A stretch of DNA of 34,505 nt from Clostridia bacterium (GTDB lineage: Bacteria; Bacillota; Clostridia; Oscillospirales; CAG-272): positions 1 through 34,505 of the forward strand of contig JAFQPL010000082.1 of assembly GCA_017411785.1 (NCBI GenBank), written 5' to 3'. The stretch's first letter is position 1. Every line of letters begins with the position of its first letter. Of this stretch, positions 1 through 7,628 are shown piece after piece. The notes beneath the pieces were generated by a model, which did not search any database, had not been told where the DNA came from, and saw nothing but the letters and a program-made list of their open reading frames with translations. The translations under genes were made by a program, and so were the position numbers.

Positions 1-76
1 ATATCACGCACGAAGTGCATATCACTCGCCACAGGCGAATAGAATTGGCGCACCTGCTTTATCGCAGGTGCGCCAA
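1..76. repeat. REP-like array of short hairpins, possibly continuing beyond the window edge
   Basis: ATATCAC occurs at 1-7 and 19-25, each followed by a mini-hairpin (GCAC-gaa-GTGC 8-18; TCGCC-aca-GGCGA 26-38). A perfect 13-bp inverted repeat follows: TTGGCGCACCTGC 45-57 / GCAGGTGCGCCAA 64-76. Confidence 0.55.
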
Positions 77-119
77 GAGCTCACTTCTCTTGATAGCACT
101 ATATTTTTCACTATTCCTA

Positions 120-147
120 TTGACAAATAATAAATTTATGGTATAAT
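120..147 (+). promoter_or_regulatory. sigmaA-type promoter with extended -10
   Basis: TTGACA (120-125), 16-bp spacer, TG-g-TATAAT (139-147). Confidence 0.75.
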
Positions 148-194
148 ATATCTTGGTAAGTATAATACCGTATTAATTTTAAGGAGAACCTACC

Positions 195-251
195 GTGACT
201 GACGGAGACATATGTGATCGAAGTAAATATTCAAAAAAGTCATTTGCATAA
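195..251 (+). CDS. putative 18-aa leader peptide MTDGDICDRSKYSKKSFA
   Basis: SD AAGGAG at 181-186, 8 nt before GTG at 195; TAA at 249-251. Lies between the promoter and the CorC-type gene. Confidence 0.55.
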   Translation: MTDGDICDRSKYSKKSFA

Positions 252-293
252 CCTGCGTTGTAACCTAAAGTTACATTCAGGCTATGCTTTTTT
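246..293 (+). terminator. putative attenuator/intrinsic terminator in the 5' leader
   Basis: GCATA-a-CCTG (246-255) pairs with CAGG-c-TATGC (278-287); inner stem TGTAAC (259-264)/GTTACA (270-275); followed by T6 (288-293) and T7 (297-303). Confidence 0.55.
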
Positions 294-368
294 GCGTTTT
301 TTTGGAAAATACTTTTCTGCATTTTTCCGAGTGTTCTCTCAATACTATTATAAGGAGTTATTTTTATT

Positions 369-1688
369 ATGGAATTGCCAGCCGGGAGTCTTTTAACATT
401 TATTTTAATGTTTGTCCTTGTTGCACTGTCTGCCTTCTTTTCGGCAACAGAAACCGCTTATACGTCTTTTAACCGCACAAAAATGAAAAATCTTGCAGCT
501 GAGGGAAACAAACGCGCAGCATCCGCGCTTAAGCTTTCCGAATCCTACGACAAGGTTCTTTCAACTATTCTCGTTGGAAACAACATCGTAAACATCGCAC
601 TCACATCTATAGCTACAGTTTGGTTTGTAGAGGCAATAGTTCATCCAACAGTAAAAAACTTTTCAGCCGCTATCGCTACGGCAGTTATAACGGTTATCGT
701 TCTTATCTTTGGAGAAATTTCACCAAAGAGCCTTGCGAAAGAGCATGCCGAAGGATTTTCCATGGCTGTAGCGCCTGTCCTTAAATTTTTAGTAATAATC
801 CTTACCCCTATAAACGCAATATTTATGCTTTGGAAAAAGCTTCTCTCAAAGATATTCAAAGCAAAAACAATAGACACCGTTACCGAGGGCGAGGTTCTTA
901 CCTTGATCGATGAAGCTCACGAGGACGGAAGTATTGATAAGTACAACAAAGAGCTTATCGAAAACATATTTGATTTCGACGATCTTTCCGCCGGTGAGAT
1001 CGCTACCCACCGTACCGAACTTACCTGCCTTGATTTCTCAGACTCGCTCGAGGAATGGGACAAAATAATTAATAACAGCCGTTTTTCACGTTATCCAATC
1101 TGCCAAGACAGCATAGATAATATAGTGGGGATTCTTGATGCCCGCTCCTATCTCCGTCTTGAAAATAAAACTCGTGAAACTGTAATGGAAACAGCCGTTT
1201 CATCTCCCTATTTTGTACCTGAAGCAGTAAAGGCAGACGTTCTGTTTAAAAATATGCGTGAGCACCGTGAATCTATGGCGATAGTCCTTGACGAATACGG
1301 CGGTCTGTTTGGCGTTATTACTATGACCGATCTTGTTGAATGTATTGTCGGTGACATAGTTTCGGAAAACGAAGACGGAGAGGAAGACCTCCCACCCATT
1401 GAATTTATCGGTGAAAATTCCTGGAGAATTCTCGGAAGCGCCTCTATCGATGAGGTTGAGGAAGCTCTCAATATAAAGCTTGAAGAGACCGATTCCGATA
1501 CATTCAGCGGTTATGCTCTTGCGCTTTACGGTTCTGTTCCCGATGACGGTTCTAATATCGAGCTTTCTACAGAGCACTTAAATATATCTGTTGAAGAAAT
1601 AAAGGATCACAGAGTTGACCGTGCAATAGTAAGTATTCGGGCGGAAGATCCTGATGAAAGCTCCGACGAAGAAAAAAAGGACGATTAA
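369..1688 (+). CDS. CNNM/CorC/HlyC ('hemolysin family') transporter: DUF21 TM domain, CBS pair and CorC_HlyC domain; probable Mg2+/Co2+ efflux
   Basis: Motifs LSAFFSATETA, ILVGNNIVNI, LIFGEISPK, FSRYPI, AIVLDEYGG and DTFSGY; SD AAGGAG 352-357. Confidence 0.92.
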   Translation: MELPAGSLLTFILMFVLVALSAFFSATETAYTSFNRTKMKNLAAEGNKRAASALKLSESYDKVLSTILVGNNIVNIALTSIATVWFVEAIVHPTVKNFSAAIATAVITVIVLIFGEISPKSLAKEHAEGFSMAVAPVLKFLVIILTPINAIFMLWKKLLSKIFKAKTIDTVTEGEVLTLIDEAHEDGSIDKYNKELIENIFDFDDLSAGEIATHRTELTCLDFSDSLEEWDKIINNSRFSRYPICQDSIDNIVGILDARSYLRLENKTRETVMETAVSSPYFVPEAVKADVLFKNMREHRESMAIVLDEYGGLFGVITMTDLVECIVGDIVSENEDGEEDLPPIEFIGENSWRILGSASIDEVEEALNIKLEETDSDTFSGYALALYGSVPDDGSNIELSTEHLNISVEEIKDHRVDRAIVSIRAEDPDESSDEEKKDD

Positions 1689-1715
1689 ATTAAATTTAAA
1701 ACTTGAGGCGATCGC

Positions 1716-3056
1716 ATGAAAAAGATACCAAAGGATCAAAACTGGCACTATTTGAAATGGCTTGGAATTATAGTCGTTTCAATTCTCGTGTTTGGAATTA
1801 TATATAATTTTGATACCTCGCTTTCGGTATTATCCCTGATACTGAAGGTTTTATCTCCTATTTTCATAGGACTTTTTATAGCAATTATCCTTAATATACC
1901 CGTTACTTTTTTTGAAAACAAGGTCTTCAGGCGTTTGACTCTGCGCAACGGCAGAATTTGGTCAAAAATCAAGCGCACCGTCTCGATTTCGTTAAGTCTT
2001 GCCTGCTTTTTTCTGATTTCCGCAGTACTTCTTTCCTATATTCTCCCAAAGCTTGGTGAGAGTATAAAGGACTTCTTCAACAATGCCGACGGATATATGC
2101 AAAACCTCACAGAAAGAACGCGTGAGCTTGTAAAGAAATTCGATCTTCCCTTCGACCACGAATCGATAGATTTTTCATGGGGAACTATTACGTCCTTCCT
2201 TACCAAGCTGATTGGCGAAAGCACAAACGACGTCATTCAAACAACGCTCAACGCGGCTCTTAATGTTTTCGTTTCTCTTTGGAACGTAATTCTCGGATTT
2301 ATTCTCTCCATATATATCATCGCCTCCAAGGAATCCCTTTCAAAGCTTCTAAAAGGATTTCTTTATTCCATCGCGTCCGAACAAAGAGTTACCAATATAA
2401 TCAATGTATTGACGCTTACAAAAAAAGCCTTTGAAGGATTTATTGCCGGTCAGTGCATAGAAGCAGTTCTGATTGGCTCGCTAACCTTTATCGGTATGAC
2501 CATTTTCCGATTCCCACATGCCCTTATAGTTTCCTTTATAATCGGCTTAACGGCCTTCATTCCTATATTTGGAGCTATAACAGGAGCGGTGATAGGAGCT
2601 TTCCTGATCCTACTTGTTGAACCAATCAAGGCGCTATGGTTCTTAATATTCATAATCATTCTTCAACAGATTGAATCCAACGTTCTTTATCCCAAATTTA
2701 TGGGGCAACAGATCGGGCTTCCAAGTCTTTGGGTTCTCGTATCGGTAATAATTGGCGGAGAGCTTTTCGGGATCCCGGGAATAATCCTAAGCGTTCCTCT
2801 TTGCAGTGTTTTATATACTCTTTTACACGAATGGATCTTAAAGCGTCTGCGCGAAAAACGTCTATGCCGTCAGAACGCAACTCACATCCCCGAAAATCCA
2901 TCCCTTCTTACCGAGGAAGAATTTCTTTCATCAAAATCCGATGATGATGAGTCTGCTAACACAGTCCCAACCAAAGAAAAGAACAAAAAGAAGCCTCAGC
3001 AATCAAAAAATGCTAAAACAAGAAAAGGCAACCACTCAAAAAAATCGAAAAAATAA
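1716..3056 (+). CDS. AI-2E (PerM/UPF0118) family transporter
   Basis: Multi-TM protein with motifs FIAGQCIEA, FIPIFGA, QQIESNVLYPK and GGELFGIPGIILSVP; Lys-rich C-terminal tail. Confidence 0.9.
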   Translation: MKKIPKDQNWHYLKWLGIIVVSILVFGIIYNFDTSLSVLSLILKVLSPIFIGLFIAIILNIPVTFFENKVFRRLTLRNGRIWSKIKRTVSISLSLACFFLISAVLLSYILPKLGESIKDFFNNADGYMQNLTERTRELVKKFDLPFDHESIDFSWGTITSFLTKLIGESTNDVIQTTLNAALNVFVSLWNVILGFILSIYIIASKESLSKLLKGFLYSIASEQRVTNIINVLTLTKKAFEGFIAGQCIEAVLIGSLTFIGMTIFRFPHALIVSFIIGLTAFIPIFGAITGAVIGAFLILLVEPIKALWFLIFIIILQQIESNVLYPKFMGQQIGLPSLWVLVSVIIGGELFGIPGIILSVPLCSVLYTLLHEWILKRLREKRLCRQNATHIPENPSLLTEEEFLSSKSDDDESANTVPTKEKNKKKPQQSKNAKTRKGNHSKKSKK

Positions 3057-3059
3057 CCC

Positions 3060-3094
3060 CAAGGCTATTCCCTATTCGGAATAGCCTTGATTTT
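3060..3094 (+). terminator. intrinsic terminator
   Basis: 12-bp stem CAAGGCTATTCC/GGAATAGCCTTG with 6-nt loop, then ATTTT, just after the AI-2E stop. Confidence 0.8.
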
Positions 3095-3113
3095 GAAAAT
3101 TTACATATTATAC

Positions 3114-3141
3114 TTGAATTTTAACGTATTTATGATATAAT
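3114..3141 (+). promoter_or_regulatory. sigmaA-type promoter with extended -10
   Basis: TTGAAT (3114-3119), 16 bp, TG-a-TATAAT (3133-3141). Confidence 0.6.
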
Positions 3142-3177
3142 AAATGGGTAAACTACCTGAAAGGACCACGCTTCAAT

Positions 3178-3609
3178 ATGAACGCAAAAAAGCTTATTAA
3201 AAAAGCACTCATATCTACTTGCGTTATATTTACCGTTATAACCGCAGCCTATATGCTGGTGCTTCAAATAATAAACATATCCGATAGCAGTGCCGCAATC
3301 GAAGCAGGCAGAGTTTTACTTTTCTTTCTTTTCTCCTGCCTTCTTGCCATTGCTAACGCAATTCTTTCTATAAAGCAAATTCACACTGCTATTCGCTATA
3401 TTATTCACTATTCGATATTTATTTTCGCATTTTCGACCTGCTTCTGCATCCCAAACAAAATGAATTCAACAAAAATCATAATAGGAATTACAATAGCAAC
3501 TGCAGGCTATACTGTGATAATGCTTTTGATCGCGTTTTTCAAAAAACGGTTGCTGAAATCAAATTCTACCCCCGAAAAATACGAAAAGCAGTTCAACTAC
3601 AAAAGATAA
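3178..3609 (+). CDS. hypothetical membrane protein (about 4 TM helices)
   Basis: 143-aa ORF with four hydrophobic segments, an upstream AAAGGA and its own promoter; family not recognised. Confidence 0.75.
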   Translation: MNAKKLIKKALISTCVIFTVITAAYMLVLQIINISDSSAAIEAGRVLLFFLFSCLLAIANAILSIKQIHTAIRYIIHYSIFIFAFSTCFCIPNKMNSTKIIIGITIATAGYTVIMLLIAFFKKRLLKSNSTPEKYEKQFNYKR

Positions 3610-3614
3610 AAGAA

Positions 3615-3661
3615 CTCCGTACATAAAGCTTTTAAGGCATTTTTATGTACGGAGGTTTTTT
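3615..3661 (+). terminator. terminator-like hairpin overlapping the SD of the next gene
   Basis: 13-bp stem CTCCGTACATAAA (3615-3627)/TTTATGTACGGAG (3642-3654), then G and T6. GGAGG (3651-3655) is mostly inside the stem. Confidence 0.55.
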
Positions 3662-4399
3662 ATGTTTAGAATACTTTTAATATCAATCATTGTATCGCTG
3701 GTATTGGTTTCATGCGCAAACAATAAACAGGAATTCCAAGACACCGACACGGAAGCTACCAAGGAGGTATCAAGCATATCCTCAAATTATATAGATGAAA
3801 TAACCTTCCTTGGAGAATCAACGACTTATCACTTAAAAAGCCGCGGTGTCCTTTCCGATGGAACTAACACAACTCAAGTCTGGGCACCGAAAAGCGGAAC
3901 TCTTATGCTTGACCCCTCAATATCTGACTGTAGAATAATTTATCCCGAAAACCGCGAGGAAATATCTCTTGAAGAAGCAATAAAGAGAAAAAAGCCTAAA
4001 TATATGATGCTTACCTTTGGACTTAACGGTGCGACCACATTTATAGCGCGCGGAGAAAATTACTTTAAATCATGCTATCAAAAACTTATAGATCTCATAA
4101 AAACAAACTCTCAAAGCACCAAAATAATAATAAATTCCTGCTTCCCTATCGCCAAAAGCATGGATATGTCTCGCTATACCGTAAGCGCTGCCGAGCTTAA
4201 TTCATATATTAAAACACTGAATGAATGGGCTTTTCAGCTCGCTAACGAAAATAAAATATATTATATAGAAAGCGCAAAAGCGCTAAAGGATGAAGACGGA
4301 TATCTGAAAAGCTCCTTCCAAGCGCCTGACGGATATCATCTTAACACAGATGCCTACAAATGCTTTTTAGAATATTTAACAAACAATCCTATTGACTGA
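3662..4399 (+). CDS. SGNH/GDSL-family hydrolase or acyltransferase, lipoprotein
   Basis: Lipobox LVSC (Cys18); block I FLGES, block III FGLNG, block V DGYH. Confidence 0.8.
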   Translation: MFRILLISIIVSLVLVSCANNKQEFQDTDTEATKEVSSISSNYIDEITFLGESTTYHLKSRGVLSDGTNTTQVWAPKSGTLMLDPSISDCRIIYPENREEISLEEAIKRKKPKYMMLTFGLNGATTFIARGENYFKSCYQKLIDLIKTNSQSTKIIINSCFPIAKSMDMSRYTVSAAELNSYIKTLNEWAFQLANENKIYYIESAKALKDEDGYLKSSFQAPDGYHLNTDAYKCFLEYLTNNPID

Positions 4400-4413
4400 T
4401 ACGGAGGTCTATT

Positions 4414-4914
4414 ATGAAAAAAAACAAAAAATTTATCATTGCGCTATTGTCTCTTCCCTGCGCTTTCATTTTCACATTCTGTTCTGCCAAAGCTTTTTCC
4501 AATTCTCTTGCTTGCAATGAATTGTCAAGCACCTTACAAAAGGAAATTTCCGTGCCATACGGTGAATTCAGTGAATATTCAAGCGCAGATCTAAATCTTT
4601 TCTTTCCCGATTCAGAGCTTTTTGACGATTTTTATGTCATATATTCAAAGGATAACACAGATGTATCCGAATTAGGTATTCTGCACGCTTCAAACGATGA
4701 AAACGCAAAAAAGCTCTTGGAGGATGCACAGCTTTATATAAAAGACAACCAGGAGCAAAAGCGTGAATTTTTAAGGAATTATTCACCGTCCGAGCTTGAA
4801 AAGCTTAATTCTGCCGAGGCACGAAGATTTGGTAACTACGTTATTTTCACAGTAGCGGACCAGGACGAGAAATCAAAAATATTTCAAAAAGCCGAGGAGC
4901 TGCTAAAAAAATAA
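4414..4914 (+). CDS. DUF4358-like exported protein
   Basis: Signal peptide; the pattern DVSELGIL..F.NYSPSE.EKL.SA....GNYVIF resembles DUF4358; SD GGAGG. Confidence 0.7.
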   Translation: MKKNKKFIIALLSLPCAFIFTFCSAKAFSNSLACNELSSTLQKEISVPYGEFSEYSSADLNLFFPDSELFDDFYVIYSKDNTDVSELGILHASNDENAKKLLEDAQLYIKDNQEQKREFLRNYSPSELEKLNSAEARRFGNYVIFTVADQDEKSKIFQKAEELLKK

Positions 4915-4924
4915 AAAATCAAAA

Positions 4925-4960
4925 ATCAAAAAGGACACTCAAAAGAGTGTCCTTTTTGAT
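4925..4960. terminator. bidirectional intrinsic terminator
   Basis: 16-bp perfect inverted repeat ATCAAAAAGGACACTC-aaaa-GAGTGTCCTTTTTGAT between convergent genes. Confidence 0.88.
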
Positions 4961-4973
4961 CAACATCGCAAGG

Positions 4974-5318
4974 TTAGATCTTCTCTTTAACCTTAGATGC
5001 CTTACCGACTCTGTCACGGAGATAGAAGAGCTTTGCTCTTCTTACCTTACCGGAACGAATGATATCAACCTTAACAACGTTAGGTGAATGAACCGGGAAG
5101 GTCTTTTCAATTCCACAACCGTAAGAAACTCGTCTTACAGTGAATGTCTCGGAAATTCCACCGCCATGCTTTGCGATGATAGTACCCTCGAACATCTGAA
5201 TTCTCTCACGAGTACCCTCCTTAATTCTGTTGTGAATACGAACCGTATCACCAACGTTAAGTACGGGAACCTCCGTTTTAAGCTGCTCGTTTGTAAAAGC
5301 CTGAATCAAATTATTCAT
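4974..5318 (-). CDS. rplS: 50S ribosomal protein L19
   Basis: [34 protein letters not shown]. Confidence 0.98.
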   Translation of the reverse strand: MNNLIQAFTNEQLKTEVPVLNVGDTVRIHNRIKEGTRERIQMFEGTIIAKHGGGISETFTVRRVSYGCGIEKTFPVHSPNVVKVDIIRSGKVRRAKLFYLRDRVGKASKVKEKI

Positions 5319-5340
5319 CTTTCAGTCCTCCTTAAAATCC

Positions 5341-5374
5341 GAGTGTTCATGCAGAGCTTCGCAGCGGACCACTC
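5341..5374 (-). ncRNA. L19 leader (ribosomal protein autoregulatory RNA)
   Basis: Minus strand reads GAGTGGTCCGCTG...ATGAACACTC just upstream of the rplS SD. This matches the TCCGCTG...GAACA core of the Firmicutes L19_leader, closed by GAGTG/CACTC. Confidence 0.75.
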
Positions 5375-5402
5375 TTTATCGTGTTTACACACATTACGAG
5401 AT

Positions 5403-5431
5403 ATTATATCATATTCTCGCAAGAAATGCAA
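5403..5431 (-). promoter_or_regulatory. sigmaA promoter of rplS
   Basis: Minus strand TTGCAT, 17 bp, TG-a-TATAAT. Confidence 0.75.
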
Positions 5432-5451
5432 TAGTTTTTTGAAATTTTTTA

Positions 5452-6864
5452 TTATTTTTTCAATTTTATTTTTAGCATTGATATAACAGTTCGTATTATA
5501 TCTCTACCGTTAAAAGCTGCCATGAACAAAACAAAGGCTATCTGATATATCCACCAATACGGTATCTGTAAAAGGATCAATACCGTTTGTGCCATAATTG
5601 CAACAGTATTAACAACGGTTTTTATAGGCGCACGGCTAAACGAAATATATTTTTTTGTATCTATAACTCTTATTAAAAACACTATTCCATAGCATATTGC
5701 AGTTGCAATTGCCGCGCCCATCGCCCCAAGACTTGGTATCAAAGCAAAATTAAGCACTATATTTACTATAGCGCCAACTGCCGCTGTTAGCAAGGAGCGC
5801 GCGCTTCTCTTATGCACAAAATAAACACTTCCCAAAAACTCCGAAAACGCAGAAAATACCATTGCTATCGCAAGAACAGGAACGTACTTCCAAGACTCAA
5901 AATAACTTTCGTGCAGCAAAAGCCTTGTAAATATTTGCGAAAAAGCAATAAGTCCCGCTCCGCCCGCAAATATTATACTCAAATAATTTTTATAAACCGT
6001 TCCGAAAAAGGAAGCTCTCTCCTCCGCATCCCGTTCGCTTACCGAGGATATCTGCCACGCCTTAATAAAAATGCTGCCTGCTATAGTTATAAGCGTTGGA
6101 ATTTTATACGCAGCGGCATAAAGTCCGTTGATCGCCGTTGCATTTTCTCCAAGTGTTGCAAGTATTACAAATCTATCTGATACAGACGTTATTGTCCACA
6201 TAAGAGTGAGCGGAATATAAGGAACACTGAACTTTAAAAGCTCCTTTACCAAAGCGCTGCTTATTCTCTTAGGCTTTATATCTCTGTAAAGCTTACAGAA
6301 AATAATAAGTCCAACAGAAACCAAAAAATCCGCAAGAATTACAGATAAAACGTACCCCGTAACCCCCATATCAAACGCCACAAGAAATAAAATATTAAAT
6401 CCTATTACTAAAACGGTATTTATTATTCCCTGTACCGCAAAGATCTTTGTTCTGTCGCATCCTCTTACATAATTTGCAACGATGAGATGTAAATTGGCGG
6501 TGCAAATATAAGCAAATACAAGCCATATATACCCATCAAAAACGCTGAAGAATCTTAAGAGCTGTATCAGCAATGCAAGTGGGATCATACCAACCGCGAG
6601 AGTAATTATCGCGGTGCTGAACACCTGCTTTCTGTTGTTTGGTTCTGCGTCTATCGTAAATCTGAAAAGTCCGTCACCTATGCCAAGAACTGCTATCGGA
6701 ATTATAAGATTTGCCGTTTGCGTCAAAATATCGGCAACTCCAAATTCTGCGCTTGAAAGATACGCCGTATATAAGGGCATAAGCAGGAAAACGAGCAGCT
6801 TTGAAATAAAGGTGCCCGCTCCCATAATAGCCGTATTGGAAAAAAGTCTTTTCCATTTTCCCAT
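5452..6864 (-). CDS. Wzx/MOP-superfamily oligosaccharide flippase
   Basis: Many TM segments; KLLVFLLMPLYT..LS.AEFG, SDRF, GLYAAAYK and LIP.LG.MGAAIAT patterns. Likely start is ATG 6864, 2 nt after the yebC stop. Confidence 0.85.
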   Translation of the reverse strand: MGKWKRLFSNTAIMGAGTFISKLLVFLLMPLYTAYLSSAEFGVADILTQTANLIIPIAVLGIGDGLFRFTIDAEPNNRKQVFSTAIITLAVGMIPLALLIQLLRFFSVFDGYIWLVFAYICTANLHLIVANYVRGCDRTKIFAVQGIINTVLVIGFNILFLVAFDMGVTGYVLSVILADFLVSVGLIIFCKLYRDIKPKRISSALVKELLKFSVPYIPLTLMWTITSVSDRFVILATLGENATAINGLYAAAYKIPTLITIAGSIFIKAWQISSVSERDAEERASFFGTVYKNYLSIIFAGGAGLIAFSQIFTRLLLHESYFESWKYVPVLAIAMVFSAFSEFLGSVYFVHKRSARSLLTAAVGAIVNIVLNFALIPSLGAMGAAIATAICYGIVFLIRVIDTKKYISFSRAPIKTVVNTVAIMAQTVLILLQIPYWWIYQIAFVLFMAAFNGRDIIRTVISMLKIKLKK

Positions 6865-6866
6865 GA

Positions 6867-7598
6867 TCAATCGGCATTCTCCCAGTTATGATATACGTTC
6901 ATTACGTCATCGTCATCCTCAAGATGCTCGATAAGCAAATTCATAAACTTGATATCCTCTTCCTCCTCAAGCGTTACGTAATTAGAGGGGATCTTATCCT
7001 GCTCCGCGGAAAGAATGGGATATCCTGCCGCTTCAATAGCTTCCTTAACGGCAAAAAGATCGTCAGGCTCGGTATATATCTCAAAAGCCTCGTCCTCAGC
7101 CGCAAAATCCTCTGCGCCCGCCTCAAGAGCCGTCTCCATAAGCTTATCCTCGTCAATATCTCCGTCTTCGTTAGAAACGATTATTACGCCCTTGTCGGCG
7201 AAAAGATAAGATACGCATCCTGTCTGTCCCATATTACCGTGATATTTTGAAAAATAGGAACGCACATTACCTGCCGTACGGTTACGGTTATCGGTCGTTG
7301 TTTCAACAATTACAGCAATACCCGCAGGACCGTAGCCCTCGTAAACTATTTCCTCGTAGTTTTCTCCCGTTGAACCAAGTGCCTTCTTTATCGTTCTTTC
7401 AATGTTATCATTAGGAACATTATTGGATTTTGCCTTAAGTATAAGGTCGCGAAGCTTAGAGTTGTTATTTGGATCTCCGCCGCCCGCTTTTACCGCAATA
7501 GTAATTTCTTTACCTATTTTAGTAAATATTTTTGCTCTTTGAGCATCGGTTTTTTCTTTTTTGTGCTTAATGTTAGCCCATTTGCTGTGTCCTGACAT
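6867..7598 (-). CDS. yebC: YebC/PmpR/TACO1 family protein
   Basis: MSGHSKWANIKHKK, YEGYGP, TDNRNRT, LEDDDDVMNVYHN. Confidence 0.96.
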   Translation of the reverse strand: MSGHSKWANIKHKKEKTDAQRAKIFTKIGKEITIAVKAGGGDPNNNSKLRDLILKAKSNNVPNDNIERTIKKALGSTGENYEEIVYEGYGPAGIAVIVETTTDNRNRTAGNVRSYFSKYHGNMGQTGCVSYLFADKGVIIVSNEDGDIDEDKLMETALEAGAEDFAAEDEAFEIYTEPDDLFAVKEAIEAAGYPILSAEQDKIPSNYVTLEEEEDIKFMNLLIEHLEDDDDVMNVYHNWENAD

Positions 7599-7628
7599 TG
7601 TTTTTACCTCTGAATTTATAAAATAATT

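Noticed and set aside
1-76. CRISPR array or tRNA
   Set aside because: The repeat is only 7 nt with spacers of about 11-13 nt, there are no cas genes, and there is no cloverleaf or T-loop pattern.
195-368. Leader ORF as a read-through N-terminal extension of the CorC-type gene (same frame)
   Set aside because: A second in-frame TAA at 261-263 blocks it, and the gene has its own SD at 352-357.
150-368. Known metal or ion riboswitch (M-box, yybP-ykoY, fluoride)
   Set aside because: I could not find their conserved sequence cores by eye; an Rfam scan is needed to exclude them formally.
214-472. Track ORFs 214-396 and 284-472
   Set aside because: They overlap the CorC-type gene out of frame, run through the hairpin/U-tract and show no recognisable motifs. 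The SD-backed 195-251 ORF is better supported.
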